64,000 nt of DNA, from the NCBI GenBank assembly GCA_951406725.2, contig OX597819.1, positions 96,100,001 to 96,164,000 on the forward strand, in the 5' to 3' direction. The notes beneath the pieces were generated by a model, which was not told the origin of the DNA, did not search any database, and worked only from the letters and a program-made list of their open reading frames with translations. Source of the DNA: Octopus vulgaris. Lineage: Eukaryota. This document shows, one piece after another, positions 1 to 15,766 of this stretch. The stretch's first letter is position 1, and every line of letters begins with the position of its first letter. Both the position numbers and the translations under genes were made by a program.

Positions 1-1345
1 TAGTTACAAGTACAAAGGTCAGACAGTATTTTACACTCATGTGAGAAACTCACATGAGTTCATACCTCCTTCATTTCTCCTCTCCCCACTACCGTTTCAT
101 TTCTTATTCCCTCCCCGCCTGCTGCATTTCTCCTCCTTTCCTCTTATACCCCAAATACCCCAAGGCCCTAGTAAGACGTACAGAAGTTGTTGGATGAAAA
201 GAGAAGAGATTTTGATTTATGAGGCGCATTCGTTCTTTCACCGGAGCTCCATACTGTTTTCGTTAACCTTATTTGACACAAAACCTCAGGTTGAACTCAA
301 GGTACGTTAGAACGCATTTGCATACGGTGGTGCGCATTGGAATCGAATCCTCGACCACGCAATTGCAAAGCAAACTTCTTGATCATACAGCAATGCCTAA
401 ACTTTTGTATGCTTTTTTGCGAGCAGAGTTTTGAAGATTCTTAAATTTTTCATTGATTTAATTAAGGTGAGGTACGTTTACACACCGGGAAAAGAAGTGT
501 GATCTCAGGTGCATGTATTTACTTAGACTTCTACTTATTACAGGTTAAGGAAATATTTATTTAGTATCGATCCGCTGAATATTATTGACTCCAAACTTGA
601 TAGCCGGCTCTCAATATCATCACATGATGCTGCTGTGTATATGAGAGTTTACTTAGAATTGCAATTATCAAACTACAATTGGATTAAGTACAACAAACAA
701 TGGCATCTGTTGCGTCTTTCTCTAATGCGTATGTATGAGTGTGAGGGCGTATGTGTGTTAGTGTATGATTATGTGTGTGCGTGCTTGTGTATGATTGTGT
801 GTATGTTTGTGTGTGTGTTTGCGTGTGTAGGTAAATATATAATTAAATCTACACAATGCTTTCTTGGAAAGAAACGGGTGGATGACAGTGGAAATCAGTA
901 GAAGCAGAAGTAGGAAAGGAAATAAAGTTGTGACTAGGCGACCAGGTATATACATGAAACCATAGAACGGGTTGATTTAAAGAACTATTTACACACACGC
1001 GCACACACGCTCAAATCAACATTTTATATATATTTAAATTGGTTACTGCCTTTCAGTTTGGAGCATTGTAGGAGACCATTATTACTGTTAATAAAGTCTG
1101 CAGATGTTGTTGAGAAAACTCAGACCAAATCTGTTGTTTCTCAGATAATCGGTAGAAGTGTGTTTGGGCTGCCGGTCTCATGTCTGACTTCTCCGATATA
1201 ACAGATTCCTTGAACAGTTTAATTTAAACACCTACATCGCTGCTATTCAGGTTTTTAAAGCTCATTTATAAACATTGAACTATTGAGATTCCAGTTTTAT
1301 AGTCTCCCACAGATTTTCTGCTTATTTTCATTTTATTCTGGACAG

Positions 1346-1516
1346 CTCATTCGGAAATTACACCAATGTCTTATTATGGTGTCGTCGTAGACTTATGGGA
1401 CGACCGTCATGACTCCCGAGCAAATATCAAAGAGCAAAGAGAGCGACTCCAAGCCGTGGTGACTCATTTAGCCGCGGTAATTCACAAGAGACGACCTGAA
1501 TTCGATTCTGTAAAAA
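1346..1516 (+). CDS. Candidate internal exon of an unidentified host gene (HSEITPMSYYGVVVDLWDDRHDSRANIKEQRERLQAVVTHLAAVIHKRRPEFDSVK)
   Basis: Polypyrimidine acceptor ttttcattttattctggacag ends at 1345. The frame is open, non-repetitive and protein-like. The donor is uncertain (GT at 1477, 1510, 1517 or 1523). Confidence 0.4.
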
Positions 1517-1579
1517 GTCAATGTATTTATTCTAATGATCATAAGAGACAAGAGACCAAGGTTGCATAATTTGAGACCA

Positions 1580-1866
1580 TTGTTTCGTCTGTCTTTACGT
1601 TCTGAGTTCAAATTCCGCCGAGGTCGACTTTGCATTTCATCCTTTCGGAGTCGATAAATTAAATACCAGTTGCGTACTGGGGTCGATCGAATCGATAGCT
1701 CCCTCCCACCCCCAAATTTCGGGCTTTGTACCTGTTGTGTGGACGCCCCCAGACGATGAAGTAGGCTAGCCCAATACGTAGATATAGAGGGAAAAGCCTA
1801 GACGTCGGGAGTTGAGTAGAGGTAATCGGAACGTGCGATATAACAGTACATAGAGTAGAAAAGAAT
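1580..1866 (+). mobile_element. tRNA-derived SINE family 1, 5' truncated, tail interrupted by a 113-bp insert
   Basis: B-box GAGTTCAAATTCC plus body gccgaggtcgactttgc.tttcatcctttcg, shared with copies at 3420, 5907, 42808 and 54820. Confidence 0.85.
1733..1845. mobile_element. Small TG...CA insert, solo-LTR/TRIM-like
   Basis: Starts TGTTGTGT and ends ATATAACA (imperfect inverted termini). Flanked by GTACC/GTACA and splits the SINE tail. Confidence 0.5.
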
Positions 1867-2663
1867 TTGTGACCATTGTTTTTCAAATGGCTTTATATAA
1901 TCTCGATAAAGACCACAAGACTACTTACCTATATTAATCTTGGCATAGATACTCTTTTGTAGAGCAGTGTAAAGATGCGTAATGCAATTTCTAGCTTTAT
2001 GAAGTTATCAATTTTTTTCTCGCAATTTGCTCCATAATCCTTTTAAGATAGGCAAATAAACCCATAAAACTTAACTTCTCGGTTTCCTCCTCAGTCGCAG
2101 ACATTATGCTACACCTTCACTATTTTCGCGACTATATCTTTAACAAGTGACCTTTGCAATAACATCTGCAGGGCATTGGCTAGTCACTTTTTACACGTCT
2201 TTAGGAAAAAGCATCGGTGTACTGTCTGAAGAATATAAACCAACCATGTCTTTGGAAGATACTACTTCTGTTGCTTCCATTATTTAAAGTTTATTTGTTG
2301 TATTTCCTCCCATACCAACCCTTATCGAGTAGAGCTATGACATCCCAACCATGACCATCCTATGTTTTTTTAGGTAATATCATTATGATTGTATTATTAA
2401 ATGTACAAATGTACTGTCTCAGAGATAGGAGATATAATTTGAAGGAGTACTACTAGTTCTAGTTGGTTGAAAAACTACGTAGAGTTACCGAATGAGGTGT
2501 GTTTTGCTATATCTATCAACGTGTGATGTTCTAAACAACTAAAAAACATAGTGTAGTAGTGAAAGAGTATAGTGTTGTTAGTAGGGAATGTCTCTAAATA
2601 GAAGTGAATCTATTCACAATTGCCCCCGTATATAATAAAGATCAAGGCCGTTCTAGACCAAAC

Positions 2664-2665
<2 letters not shown>

Positions 2666-2745
<80 letters not shown>

Positions 2746-2937
2746 TGTGGGGAAGAAGGGAAAAGGGAGAGAGAGAGAGAAAGATAGGAGGGAGGGAGAG
2801 AGAGAGAGAGAGTGGGGAAGAAGGGAAAATGGAGAGAGAGAGAAAGAGAGGAGGGAGGGAGAGAGAGAGAGAGAGAAAAATAGGAGGAAGAGAGAGATAG
2901 AGAGAGAAAGATAGGAGGGAGGAAGAGAGAGAGAGAG
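2666..2937. repeat. (GA)n purine-rich compound microsatellite
   Basis: Read directly from the sequence. Confidence 0.95.
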
Positions 2938-3419
2938 TTGTGCAAGTTGAGCAATTTGTATAGGAATAAAATTTTGAGAGGTCTACTCACCCCCGTTCAG
3001 AGGCAAAGGACATTTTAGCAAAGAATTAGATTTTTTTGAAAAAATAAATTTTGCTAGTTCTTTTATTCTGTTATAATATATCACTATATCATACACAAAT
3101 TACAAAAACATGTACATGAGTATATACTCCCCAGCCAGTACATAAATAATATGCTGCTGGCAGTGATATTTAAGAAAATACTAACTTGCAATTTGAAAAG
3201 AGCCCCACATATCATAAGTGGCTCAGGTCAGTCGTGATATCGCTTGCACCATCCAAATTTTAATCAGTTTAGATTTCAGATTTAACATCCTTGTCCTACT
3301 TAACAGGAATTATCATTCACTCATGATATTTTACTTTTCATTACGGCACAACTGTATTTAATTAAATTGTTTCTTTACTACCCTACATCAAGTATTTTGA
3401 CCCTCTACTTCAGAATATT

Positions 3420-3644
3420 TCTTATTTCTTTATTGCCCACAAGGGGCTAAACATAGAGAGGACAAACAAGGACAGACAAAGGGATTAAGTCGATGCATCG
3501 CCCCCAGTACGTAATTTATGGTACTTAATTTATCGACCCTGAAAGGATGAAAGGCAAAGTCAACCTCGGCGGAATTTGAACTCAGAACGTAGCGGCTGAC
3601 GAAATACTGCTAAGCATTTTGCCCGACGTTTTAACGATTCTGCC
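3420..3644 (-). mobile_element. tRNA-derived SINE family 1
   Basis: Reverse complement has A-box-like TGGCAGAATCG, B-box GAGTTCAAATTCC and tail gtccttgtttgtcc..tttagccccttgtggg..taaagaaata. Confidence 0.9.
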
Positions 3645-4023
3645 ACACACACACCTGTACGTACAAACAATTACACACAAGGACGCAGATTAGAGTTCAG
3701 TATACATACACAATCGCACTCTCACCTTCACGTGAACACACACGCATACACACGTATGCATACACGTATGCATACACGTATGTGAACTTTCACCTCTACA
3801 CACATACGCACCTTCTCCACACATGCATACACACATACGGCTCTTCACATCCACACATACATACACACTCACACACACTCAATACGTATACGCATACACA
3901 CACATACATAGTAAATAAACCATCTTGTTAGCAAGCAAAGAGTCGGAAATCAAGAGATACTAGACTGTTCCATGGTATTTTACCAGTCATACATGCACAT
4001 GCTCCATAGCAAAGTGTGTGGTA

Positions 4024-4570
<547 letters not shown>

Positions 4571-4925
4571 TGGGGAAATTAAAAATGAAAAACCGAAGAA
4601 AGTAAAACAGAAAAAAAAAGTTAATGCAGGAGACATTTTCAATATTGACGATGAAGAGGTAAAGTTTCTAATTACAGGGCCAAGGCATTTAAGTAGAATA
4701 TGCTAAAGGTTTCTATATATTTAGGAAATCAATAAAACTGGGGATAGACATCGAGGTCGCTGACACACAGACAGAGAGACATAGAGAATATCGTCTTGCG
4801 ACCTTTGTGTGGATCAATGTGAAAGGTTTCACTAAAAATAGAATATTTATCAACCGATAGCGTCACAGTAGACATAAACTGGGTTGCAACAATCTAATAT
4901 GGCGGATTGTAAGTAATCTGAAACT

Positions 4926-4968
4926 TAATAATGATGATGATGATGATAATAACAATAATAACAACAAC

Positions 4969-5036
<68 letters not shown>

Positions 5037-5062
5037 TGATGATGATGATTATGGTGATGATG

Positions 5063-5125
<63 letters not shown>

Positions 5126-5161
5126 TTGATGATGATGATGATGATGATAATAATAATAATA

Positions 5162-5199
<38 letters not shown>

Positions 5200-5230
5200 A
5201 ATAATAATAATAGTGATGAAAATAATAATA

Positions 5231-5271
<41 letters not shown>

Positions 5272-5302
5272 AATAATAATAATAATAATGATAACAGTAG
5301 TA

Positions 5303-5358
<56 letters not shown>

Positions 5359-5393
5359 GATAATAATAATAATGATGATAATAATGATGATGA

Positions 5394-5455
<62 letters not shown>

Positions 5456-5470
5456 GTGGTGGTGATGATG

Positions 5471-5505
<35 letters not shown>

Positions 5506-5893
5506 TAATCATAATAATAATTTATATTAATAGGCATCTAAGGTTACTTGCAGCCCGATGTTAGGATTTTTTCTTTTCTTTCCAACAGTCTAATCTGTTG
5601 TGTGTACATGAATAATAAAAATAAAAAATAGAAATAAAAAGTATTAAGAACAGCAACAGCAACAATAATGATAGAGATAATAACAATAAGGAGAACAGTA
5701 GCAATAACAATAATAACAACAACAATATTGATGTTAATAACAATAGCAACATCATCAACAACAATAGCTGCAACAACAAAAACAGCAATTACAACAGCAA
5801 CGTATACAACAACCACAGTAGCAGCAGCAGCCGCCGCTGCCACAATAACAACAACAATAACAACGACGACGAGGACGGCGGCGGCAACAATAA
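4926..5893. repeat. Compound trinucleotide microsatellite (ATA/ATG/GTG, then ACA/GCA)
   Basis: Read directly. Overlapping ORFs are homopolymeric artefacts. Confidence 0.95.
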
Positions 5894-5906
5894 TTTTTTT
5901 TTTCTT

Positions 5907-6238
<332 letters not shown>

Positions 6239-6241
6239 AAT

Positions 6242-8167
<1,926 letters not shown>

Positions 8168-8168
<1 letters not shown>

Positions 8169-8670
8169 GGCACACGCCAGAAAAAGTCACAGAAAATGAG
8201 AAAGCAACCATACTCTGGGATATGCCAAAAAACACAGACATAGAGAATTTTAAGGTCAATGTGCCAGATATAGTTGTCAGAGATCATCACGAAAAAAATG
8301 CTTTCTAATCGATGTATCAATACCAGCAGATGACAACGTTTCTCTAAAAGAAATGCAGAAGCTTTCAAAGTAAAAAAAAAAACTGGAAATAGAGGTAACT
8401 CGAATGTGGAATCTAAAAACAGAAACAATTCCTATCATAGTAGACGCATTAGGTATGATAAAAAATATTCAGACAAATACATAACAAAAACACCAGGACT
8501 TACAAATATATATAACATACAGAAAATTGCACCACTGGGCACTGCACACATCCTACGCAAAACACTTTCGGTACAGTATCCATAAGAGCATCACAGCAAG
8601 CACATACCCAAGGCACACAGAGCTGCGCTCGGTAGTGAAGTGAAAGCACGCTATAAAAATAAAACTACTG
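8168..8670 (+). mobile_element. Second RLE retrotransposon 3' fragment (frameshifted) in (TAA)n
   Basis: Translates across frameshifts as HTPEKVTENEKATILWDMP..PDIVVRD..CFLIDVSIPADDN..LEIEVTRMWNLKTETIPIIV.ALG. Homologous to but divergent from the 6242 copy. TAA on both sides. Confidence 0.88.
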
Positions 8671-8889
8671 AATAATAATAATAATAAAACGGGGAAACGG
8701 TAGACTGGTGAAATACAAAATCAGTGTTGGTGCGTGCAGCTGGATCCAGTAAGACGAGATGAATACAAAAACAAAACCATAAAAATAAGAAACTAACATT
8801 CAATAAAGGTTCAATCCTCTAGGTTAATTCTGAGCATACCACTTAACACTTCAAGTTCTGTTTAGAAAAATGCACCGAGGCAACCTTGA

Positions 8890-10123
8890 AGAGGGGAAAT
8901 TTATGAGAATAAGTAAAAGATTATACGAAATCTTGTTTCTGTATTCTATTAAAATAATAGTAGGGGTTGAACGAATACATCATTTTGCGAATCGGAGAAG
9001 AAGGCTTTTAGCTGATCGCATACCGCTTCTGCACTTCTACGCCCGTAGAAAATCGACGAACATATATTGGATGTTTGAGCAGTCCAAAGAAGTGATAGTT
9101 GAAAGAGGCCAGATCTGGATTGTAGGCAGGGTGTTCCAGTAACTGGAAATCCAATTTCTCAATGGTTTCATCGTTGTGGGCGGCCGTATGTGGGCGGGCA
9201 TTGTCGTAGAGCAGTAACACTTGCTTTGACAATAGACCACAACGTTTAATGCGAATTGCTAGTTTCACTTTGTTGGCTAGCATTTCACTGGTGATTGTAG
9301 ACCCCTTTTCCGGAAATGTTCCAATGTAGGCCCTTTTACGTTCCCCCCCAAAAAAACCCCAGTTAACATCATTTTTTTCTGCTGAAGGTTGAGTCTTGAA
9401 TTCCTTTCTCGCTGGCTATTCCAGATGTTTCCAATCCATACTGTTTGGATTTTGGCTGAAAGTGATGGAACCAAGTCTCAACTCCTGTGACTATTCTTTC
9501 CCAAAAAGTTTCGTCTTCATCGTTATACCGGTCGAGTAAGCGTTGACGAATTCTCACACGATTGCGCTTTTGCGTTTCGGCAACCTCCCTTGGCACTCAT
9601 CTCGCACAGACTTTAAGGAAACGAAGTTTGTTATGGATGATTTCCATCAGAACCATGACTAATTTGCAGAGAACGTACCACCTCATCAATGGTCACTCGT
9701 CGGTTTGCCTGAACCATCCCTCGAGCTTGTTGAATCTTCACGTCAGTGATGGAAGTTCATGGGCATCCTGATTCCTCTTCATGCTTCTCTCTTGTCCGGC
9801 CATTTTAAACTTCTCAATCCATTCATACACACTTCTACGCGGTGGAAGTATTGTACTGAAAGCCTGTTGTGAATTTCAGTCCCTGACACAGGTTCAGAGC
9901 AGAGAAAACGGATCACTGATCTCTGATCATCTTTGGCGCACAATGCCAATGAAATGGCCATGTTTACTCAGTAACACAAGGAAGAAAACTGGAGCGATCA
10001 AGGTTAGACCTTGTTTAGATATCCGCAAGAATACCACTTTTTAGAACGCGAGCGCTGAAGGTGGCGCGTTCAACCTAAAGAAAGTTTTGTCGAAAGCATG
10101 GATAATTTTTAACTTCTCCTTAT
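8890..10123 (-). mobile_element. Degenerate mariner transposon
   Basis: Fragments QRSVIRFL (HTH), ERIVTGVETW, LLYDNARPH and HPAYNPDLA match the mariner D,D34D motifs. TIRs are decayed, so boundaries are approximate. Confidence 0.88.
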
Positions 10124-10626
10124 AAGAGAGAAAAGAGTTAGACCAACACAGACTTACCCTTGTCTAAAAAGGTAGTGCAGTGCAAGATATACAAACAGAC
10201 AAGATGACCAAGGCTGGAACACTTTTGACCATAATTCTTCTCGCTCAGGACTGACCTTGGGTTAACTCTTTGCTTGTCCTGTGTATCATATATGATACGC
10301 AGGCTATATTTCTAGACGTCCATGCATCAGCAGAGTAATTTGGGAGGTATGAAAGGAAAGCTATATATCACTCAAAACGTATGAAACAAGGGCTGGATAA
10401 AAGTCTGAAAACAAGTATGGCTGTTTAAGATAAACTTACGAAAATGTTTTGAACAGGCAAAGGGTTAAGCAACAACAACAACGACAACTACTACGACGAC
10501 AACAACCGGTAACAGCTAAATACCCAAAATAAGGTAAATACACAGAGTTGTCTACCGTTGTTTTTTCACGCGTTAATTCAAATTTGCTACACAAGTGGTG
10601 TAACATCATTTAATTCTTATATAAAA

Positions 10627-11134
10627 CTAGCAGTATCGCCCGGCGTTGCTCGGGTTTGTAAGGGAAATAACTATATAAGCATTTTTAGAGAGTTACTTCC
10701 CTTATAAATTCGGGCTTTCTTAGCCATTTTTGTTTTGGTGTCTTCAAGCCATGAAGTAGTTGTTCTAAAAGAACGCTGGTCTCCTTCACAACGCATTACG
10801 ACGTTGATTTCTTTACACTCCCTTCCCCACAGCTTCACGAGGGAGGGAAGAAGGGGAGAAGCAAACAGGTGCAGCTGTGAGCGTGGACGCCAACTCCGCC
10901 GCCATCGACACACGATGCATTTTATGCATTAAAATGGAATAAAAAATGATGTTAAATTATTTTTAAAATCGTAGACTCATCGTTGACGCGCGCTAATAGT
11001 CAGACGGGCTCGATATGAATGACGACTATAAGATACCCGAATTTGGTTAAACTGCACCGCAAAATGTGGGAGGAGTTAGGAATCTAAATCGAAGGGGACA
11101 GACACTCACACAACTAGAGTTTTATATATGTAGA
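10627..11134 (-). mobile_element. Complete non-autonomous Helitron (508 bp)
   Basis: Minus strand reads A|TCTACATATATAAAA ... CCCGAGCAACGCCGGG hairpin ... CTAG|T, with no TSD. Confidence 0.88.
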
Positions 11135-11447
11135 TTCGATTGGGTCATGGCATGTAAAGTTTTTTCAATTTGACCCCCCAATTAAGCAAAAATTCGAGAA
11201 AACTCAATATTTTACGAATTGCCTCTCTCATTTCAAGTGCTTTACTCCTTCCATTACCACCACCACTTTCTCCCACTTTCTCTTTGCAAGTGTGCAACAA
11301 TTAAAGTGAAAGTATTTATATAACAGGGATGAGCCATTAATACTGGTCATCCTTTTTGCTAGAGGAAGATCCGCTATGGTCTTATATGCTACACCACTGG
11401 TTTTCAATTCATATTAATCAAATTAATATTCAATTTTTCACCCTTAT

Positions 11448-11482
<35 letters not shown>

Positions 11483-12099
11483 AGCAATTCGTATAAAATT
11501 GCATCAATGACTTCAACTTGAATAAGTGGTTTCACATAAATGGCGATAAATTAAAAAGGTTTGTTGTTATTATTATTACTGTTTGACTATTGTAATCACG
11601 TTTGTTGATTCATCGTCAGGGAAACGTTGTTTTGTTGCATTTGTTAAATAATTGTAAACCGTAACCCTCCCCCTTTCGGAGAAGGGGCTTTGCTTATTGT
11701 TTAAAAATTGAATTGTGTCCATGTTTCGGGAAATTGACAATATTTTCACCGTCTTTACGGAAGCATTTTTATTTAAATGCCTTCGATAGAAGAAAGTTCA
11801 AAAATGAATTTCGCTGCAGCCGTACACTTCTATACAAGAGGGAGGAAAAGATCCAATTGATCGAAATTGCAAGAGACGGGCCTTCAATTTCAGTCTGTTA
11901 TATATTTTGAGTAATGTTATCACTAGCGATATCAAGATATAACTTTGTATTTTGTATTTTATGTGTAGATGTATATATATGTACATATAATATGTACACA
12001 TATATATATACACATATATACATGCATAATATATCTACCCATACGCACACACACACACATACATAGGGGCAGGTGTGGCTGTGTAGTAACAAACTACGT

Positions 12100-14439
12100 T
12101 CGAAGATACTGTGCTTGATATGGGCGGTAGTGCCTTGCCGGTCTATGGCCTACCTTCAACAAACCGGGAAAGCACAAACACTCTGTCTCCACATTTGCTG
12201 CGTGAGACATGTTTTAATGTTGACGAGCTTGCTGACTACATAGCCGACAATGAGCCAAAGCTCCTTCCAGAACAGAAGTTCGCTTACAACTCCGTTGTTA
12301 ATTCAGTCCGGGCCAACGCTGGGGGGATTTTTTTTCCTGGACGCTCCTGGGGGCGCTGGGAAAACTTTTGTCAACAAATTAATATTGGCTGAGATTAGGC
12401 GAACACAAGGCATTGCCCTAGCTGTGGCATCATCTGGAATTGCGGCTACTTTGTTGCCAGGCGGCAGGACAGCTCACTCCACTTTCAAGCTCCTGCAACA
12501 TCAGTAACAGCTCCGATCAGGCAGAAGTCTTCAGACGATGCAAACTTATCGTTTGGGATGAATGCACGATGGCCCACAGAGGTGCTCTTGAGGCACTAGA
12601 TAGATCTCTCAGAGACATCAAACACTCTTCCAGCTCCCATGGGAGGCATAACACTTCTTCTTTCAGGGGACTTCCGACAAACACTTCCCGTTATTCCCAA
12701 AGGGACTAGAGCTGATGCAGTAAGTGCGTGTCTTAAGTCATCCACATTGTGGCCATTGGTGAAGACTCTCAAACTTCACACCAATATGCGTGCTCATATG
12801 CGACGTGATATCACATCAGCAGCATTTTCTCACACCCTCCTTGCACTTGGCGAAGGCAAAATACCAGGGGATGAAAATGGTAATATTGCCATCGATTCCA
12901 TTTGTACCATTTGTACCATTGTTAAAACGCCTTCTGATATCAGAGATGCAGTGTTCCCAGATCTACAAGCTAATTATCAGAATATGGATTGGATTGGCCA
13001 AAGGGCTATTCTGGCCCCGAGGAATAAAACTGTTCACCATATTAATGATGGAATGCTAAAACTCATTCCTAGGGATGTCTGTCTATCGATACAACTCCTG
13101 ACCCAGAGGACGTCATCAACTATCCAATAGAGGTACTCAATTCCTTTGAGCCCCCCTGACTACCACTACACATTCTCAAACTTAAAGTTGGTGCCCCTAT
13201 AATGCTCATTAGAAATTTGCTTCCCCCAAAACAATGCAATGGCATACGTTTGATCGTTAAGTCCTTATCTCCCAATCCGATTGAGGCCACCATTATCACA
13301 GGGTGCGGTCGAGGCAACGTTGTGCACATACCTACGATGCATCTTTTCCCATCAGGAGCGGACCTACCTTTCATATTTCGGAGGTCCCAGTTCCCAGTTC
13401 CCAGTAAGGCCATGTTTCGCAATGTCAATTAACAAAGCGCAAGGTCAAACACTGTCTGTGGCGGGAATACATTTGGGAGAGCCATGTTTCTCTCATGGTC
13501 AGCTTTATGTTGCCTGCTCGCGTGTCGGCAGCAACAGTGATGCTTTCGCATTCGTTCCACAACGAAAAACAAAAAACATTGTGTACAAGGAGGTTTTATA
13601 GGATTACGTTTCATCATTTTCGAACACGTTAGTATTTCACTTACATACGACTCTCTTTTATGATGGCATTTACATTTTTAGGCGTTTCATGACATTAATT
13701 CACACTTAACCAACACCTGTCCTTCGCTCACCTCTATTTCTATCCATTCATCATCAAACCACCAGCCTCATCTTCTATATCCAACGTACATGACACATCT
13801 ACCCCCTACATCTACACTCTCACTGTTAAAGTTTACATAAGCGACAACACGATCGCAACATACACTTTGGAAACTAAGCAACAAATCATTTTATACAACA
13901 ACAAATTTAATCATAACGCCCATCAATGAAAACATCTCCACCACTATGTTGTGATTCATCTATTCAGGACCACTACAGTCTTGCCGGTCTGACATATGGT
14001 GAGTAGATGCTATTGTTCTATATTTTATAAATTATCCATATTTACTTACCCATGCTTCATTCCCCTCTTGCCTACATAGGGCATCCATTGTCTTTTAACA
14101 CAGCATGAAGTTTTGTAACAGCACATCCGCTGCCGTTCGTGGAAAACGAAGAGACCCTATTCACCTGCGAACGTTTTACACCGCCTTCCACGACTATCAA
14201 ATTCTTACAATTATGAGAACAATAACATGGCTCTTTTCAAGGCAACCTCGCATTCAATTCTTACACCATTCCACGAGGGGGTAGGAACCCCTTTACACGG
14301 CTTTCTATACACTTACAAATACATTCATTCGCCGTAAACTTATATCAATATTTGCCTGAATAATCATCATAATTCAGTGCAATCATTAACAGTACTTTCA
14401 AGCAATTCAGCCCCGAGCATCGCCGGGCAATTCTGCTAG
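12100..14439 (+). mobile_element. 5'-truncated Helitron with frameshifted PIF1 helicase and intact 3' terminus
   Basis: Motifs FFLDAPGGAGKT, AVASSGIAATLL, LIVWDEC, GDFRQTLPV, AMSINKAQGQT and FSHGQLYVACSRV over 12250-13601. Hairpin 14411-14427, then CTAG|T at 14436-14440. Confidence 0.95.
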
Positions 14440-15000
14440 TATATTTATATTAAAACAAAGAGACTGGAGTTTATGACATTAATTTAATACTGAATTAATT
14501 AAAAGTTAAAAATAATACCATAAATTCCGCTCTATGCTTTAATATATCCATACACTGCGACTAATATGCTTAACCAGAAATTTCAACTTGTATGGATAGT
14601 TTTCTTCTTAAAGATAAACCATCTACTATACAAAATTGATAACCGGAATTTGCAGAAGTGTTTCTTGAGAACATAGGTCGGGTTTTAATCCAATATAGAT
14701 ATAATGACTTACTATAAATTTAGTAAAAACATTAAAGAGAATTTCGAAGGTATTTTGATTTCGCCAAATTTTTAATGCTTGGAGTTAAATTAATTATTTA
14801 GAGCATCAGAGAATTCTTCAAATTTTAATCACCTCCGGAGTGACCCCACATCATATTTTAATTATTTTGCGGGACAGAAATATTTGTAAACAAATCTATA
14901 CGTCGTTCCAAAACGGCATATATAATACTGGACAAATTTCTTCATTTCTAAAAAAATGTTCATAAGTAATGGTAGCTAGAAATGAATGATATCAACATAA

Positions 15001-15256
15001 AATTATCTTCTCATTTATAAACTCACATCCATTTACTGAACTAAATAAGAAAAAAAAAAAAAAAGACGCTCATGACAATGTTTAGTAACATACAAAATAG
15101 ACTTAATGACATGAAAATAATTTTATCAAATTTCATTTTTAATGATGAAATTATTTTCATGTCAGTAAGTCCCATTTGTACGTTAGTATAACATTAGCAT
15201 GAGCTTTTTTGATGTTCAGTAAATGAATGTGAGGTTATAAATATGAGAAGGTAATG
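15001..15256. repeat. Imperfect palindrome with about 120-bp arms (foldback/MITE-like)
   Basis: ctcacatccatttactgaac..gctcatg..tgacatgaaaataattt pairs with aaattattttcatgtca..catgagc..gttcagtaaatgaatgtgag. Confidence 0.8.
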
Positions 15257-15638
15257 TTCTTTAGCAAAATCACTTGCAATAACCTAAAATTTTTCCAGCA
15301 TATTTAATGTGTGCCATTATCCTCTACACATACATTCTGCTCTTTATGTGCAGAGTGAACGCACAAAAACTGATTTTTTAAAGTCATAAACTGGTTCACA
15401 TTCTAATTTTCTCGTTGAGATGAACAGTTTAATTTCATCAGAATAATTTGGTGTCATTTACAAACTAAATAATTTGTTTTTTGCTTTGTGGTTTTAAATT
15501 TAGGCCATTTAAATGGCTGCTTACATTAACTAAGAATAGTAAATAAAATAGTTAAATGATGTCACATGCTCTTTCTTTGCTCAGTTCATTTTCCTCTGTT
15601 GGAAAAATTATGAACAGTTTTTTGTTTTTATTTTTCAG

Positions 15639-15766
15639 TTTCCAAAATCTCATCGGAACATGTCCTCGAGAAAGCCGGTGCCTCTCACAACAGAAGCAAC
15701 TCAAGACTGAAAACTTCAGAGACGCTAAAATTACCATCAATTGTTCTTATGAAAATTCTTACTTAA
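15639..15766 (+). CDS. Candidate terminal coding exon (SKISSEHVLEKAGASHNRSNSRLKTSETLKLPSIVLMKILT*)
   Basis: Strong acceptor ttttttgtttttatttttcag ends at 15638. Phase is compatible with a phase-1 donor of the 1346 exon. AATAAA near 16039. The frame choice is inferred. Confidence 0.3.

Noticed and set aside
1930-2170. Possible hAT dimerisation remnant on the minus strand (LEIALRIF)
   Set aside because: A single short motif is insufficient support.
4725-4914. Exon with acceptor near 4724 and GTAAGT donor at 4909
   Set aside because: All three frames contain a stop between these sites. Unresolved.
12111-13601. Host PIF1 gene
   Set aside because: Intronless, multiply frameshifted and followed by a Helitron hairpin-CTAG end.
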